DNA from: a virus
Strand: one strand, 5' to 3'
IMG/VR virus record: IMGVR_UViG_2854660797_000003
Location: 1-32,943 of that record
Length of the DNA: 32,943 nucleotides
The translations under genes were made by a program, and so were the position numbers. The notes beneath the pieces were generated by a model, which saw only the letters and a list, made by a program, of their open reading frames with translations, searched no databases and was not told the origin of the DNA. Below, in pieces: positions 31,300 to 32,943 of the stretch. Numbering within the stretch: position 1 is the first letter of the stretch; the number at the start of each line of letters is the position of its first letter.

Positions 31300-32943
31300 A
31301 TGAACAATTATATACCAATCAACAAGGCAGTTAATCCCGTCTGCATTTATCAAGGGAATGAGCCTCTTATCAGCAAGACGCTCGGAGTTGACGCGATGAC
31401 GTTCAACTTTGACGGTTCGGCGTGCGAACACGCCACTTGCGCCGGAGCGCCGGAAATGTTCATCAAGGTCGAGGAAGACGGCCTGTATTATTTCGGCGTA
31501 GAAGCCGACGACACAGGCAGCCTGACGATTGCCGGTGAGCAAGCTATAAAAAAGGATGGGACACCGCCCAACGGCAAGCTGAATATTGAAACCGATTCCA
31601 GGTTTCTGAAAGCTGGCTATTACAAGGTGGCCCTGTCGTGGACCAACAACTCCTACACCCCCGTCAGCAACAACGCTGCCGCGTTCAACGTCACGATGGA
31701 CAGGGAACCCATTCAGGCAGGGAAGTATGAAGGCAACTCGACGATGAAGCGCGAATTCTCGCCGTCCCCCAAAATCAAATTGTGGACGATTGAAAAGGAA
31801 TCCACTATCACCTGTGAGCCATCCAAGGAAGTGGAACTGGAATTTGAGAAACCGGAACCCGTCTATTTGGAAGGGAATGGTGACTGCAATGTAAGTAGCT
31901 TGAGACCTAAGATTTGCGTAACGGTTTGCAAAGATGAATCGGAAAACGTATGGAGGTGTCGTGTTGTTTCCGTTTCTGCCGGAGCCAAGCTAACTATGTA
32001 TGAAGGCATTTACGTGAATCCCTATGTTGATCCCCCTCTCAATGAAGAAGAAGCCGTCGAAGCGGTCAACGAAATGAACGGCTACCAGGCCCGCGGAAGA
32101 GTGGGCACATGGCACACGCCGCAGGCTTCCCTCGCCCACGAAGAACACCACCGCCGTCAATGGGAGGATGCCTACAAGTTCTACTGGAAGGACTCCAAAA
32201 TACAGGAAATGCTTGAAAAGCAGACTATCTCCTGCGACAAAGAACCGAACATGGATAAAGCCGTGAAGTTCATGCAGGCTCTTGCCAATGAAATGGCATT
32301 GGATCTTTGGACGGAGACATCAGCCTATGTACTGGCGTTGCCGGATGATGCCAATGACAGACCCTATTGTGCCGGACAGGAAGTCCTGAACGAGGCAACC
32401 GCCTATGTCATTCGTCTGGCCGACGCGATGGGGTGGAACAATGTGCCCAGGTTTATCACGAAACCTGGAACGATCGAGCCTCCCTGTTTCATGCCTCCGG
32501 TCAGAGAAGGTGAAACCCGCAGCATGGCTGTTGCGGAGGAACCGGCGTCCTTGATCCTCTCCATGGCGGATACTTCCCAATTCACGGAAGGCAAAATCAC
32601 AGTCCGCTTCCGCAACGAAGGAAACGAGCCTGTCCGCATTCCCGATGAAATCAACGACGAAACGTCCGATTTCTTTTTCGTGACGGTGTTGAGGACGCAA
32701 CAGGGGAAAATGCGCGTTCTGAACAGGGAAATAGGCACCATGACCTTCCAGCGACCCTTGAACTACCGGGAGCTTGCACCCGGTCAGGAATACAGCGTCA
32801 CGATTCCGGTGTGTCTGGATGAAGTCGATCTGGAAGGCTGGAAACAATGTTCTTGTGAACTCGAAACGCGCTACTATAATCAGCAGGGTAAGGATTGTTT
32901 CCTGGGGGTTCTCCGGGCAACGGCCAGGCTCACGCTGCAATGA
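31300..32943 (+). CDS. Large host or island protein: PA14-like N-terminal domain, central HExxH segment, C-terminal beta-sandwich-like region
   Basis: 547 aa ORF ending exactly at the window end. GLYYFGVEADDTGSLTIAG and GYYKVALSWTNN resemble a PA14 fold. LAHEEHHRRQW contains HExxH. GC is lower than in the prophage late region. Confidence 0.45.
   Translation: MNNYIPINKAVNPVCIYQGNEPLISKTLGVDAMTFNFDGSACEHATCAGAPEMFIKVEEDGLYYFGVEADDTGSLTIAGEQAIKKDGTPPNGKLNIETDSRFLKAGYYKVALSWTNNSYTPVSNNAAAFNVTMDREPIQAGKYEGNSTMKREFSPSPKIKLWTIEKESTITCEPSKEVELEFEKPEPVYLEGNGDCNVSSLRPKICVTVCKDESENVWRCRVVSVSAGAKLTMYEGIYVNPYVDPPLNEEEAVEAVNEMNGYQARGRVGTWHTPQASLAHEEHHRRQWEDAYKFYWKDSKIQEMLEKQTISCDKEPNMDKAVKFMQALANEMALDLWTETSAYVLALPDDANDRPYCAGQEVLNEATAYVIRLADAMGWNNVPRFITKPGTIEPPCFMPPVREGETRSMAVAEEPASLILSMADTSQFTEGKITVRFRNEGNEPVRIPDEINDETSDFFFVTVLRTQQGKMRVLNREIGTMTFQRPLNYRELAPGQEYSVTIPVCLDEVDLEGWKQCSCELETRYYNQQGKDCFLGVLRATARLTLQ

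Overview
Positions 1 to about 30.7 kb are a temperate tailed-phage genome integrated as a prophage beside a tRNA-Glu(UUC)/tRNA-Cys(GCA) pair. The left prophage end lies outside the window. Gene order on the + strand: a small Xis-like HTH gene, a Zn-ribbon protein and a hexapeptide-repeat protein, then a lambda-Red-like recombination module (Bet, YqaJ-type exonuclease, RuvC-like resolvase). Next come several small Cys-rich hypotheticals, an orphan DPPH methyltransferase, and a replication module (organiser gene with an internal iteron-like cluster, plus a DnaC-like loader). A three-gene minus-strand island follows (Cro-like HTH, very acidic protein, double Zn-ribbon protein). The late operon then runs terS, terL, Mu-type portal, Mu gpI-type protease/scaffold, decoration-like protein, major capsid, connector and MuF-like genes, putative tube, and a collagen-repeat fibre. 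A lysis cassette with an Amidase_3 endolysin sits among the tail genes. After it come a tail protein with two BACON/Ig-like repeats, the tape measure, an AT-rich GYF-domain membrane moron, a hub-like protein, a GT-A glycosyltransferase and a convergent tyrosine integrase. Right of the tRNAs, a lower-GC gene encodes a PA14-like plus HExxH protein. The most notable observations: (1) terS and the capsid gene, and possibly two or three other late genes, carry conserved-looking 5' coding sequence with no in-frame start codon; (2) an origin-like GTAACG iteron cluster; (3) a perfect 17-bp tandem repeat and related motif flanking the Cro-like gene; (4) a promoter with a palindromic operator in its spacer; (5) a possible nested lipoprotein in the lysis cassette. 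No CRISPR array, rRNA, transposase or reverse transcriptase was seen. All homology statements come from recognising motifs by eye, not from database searches.
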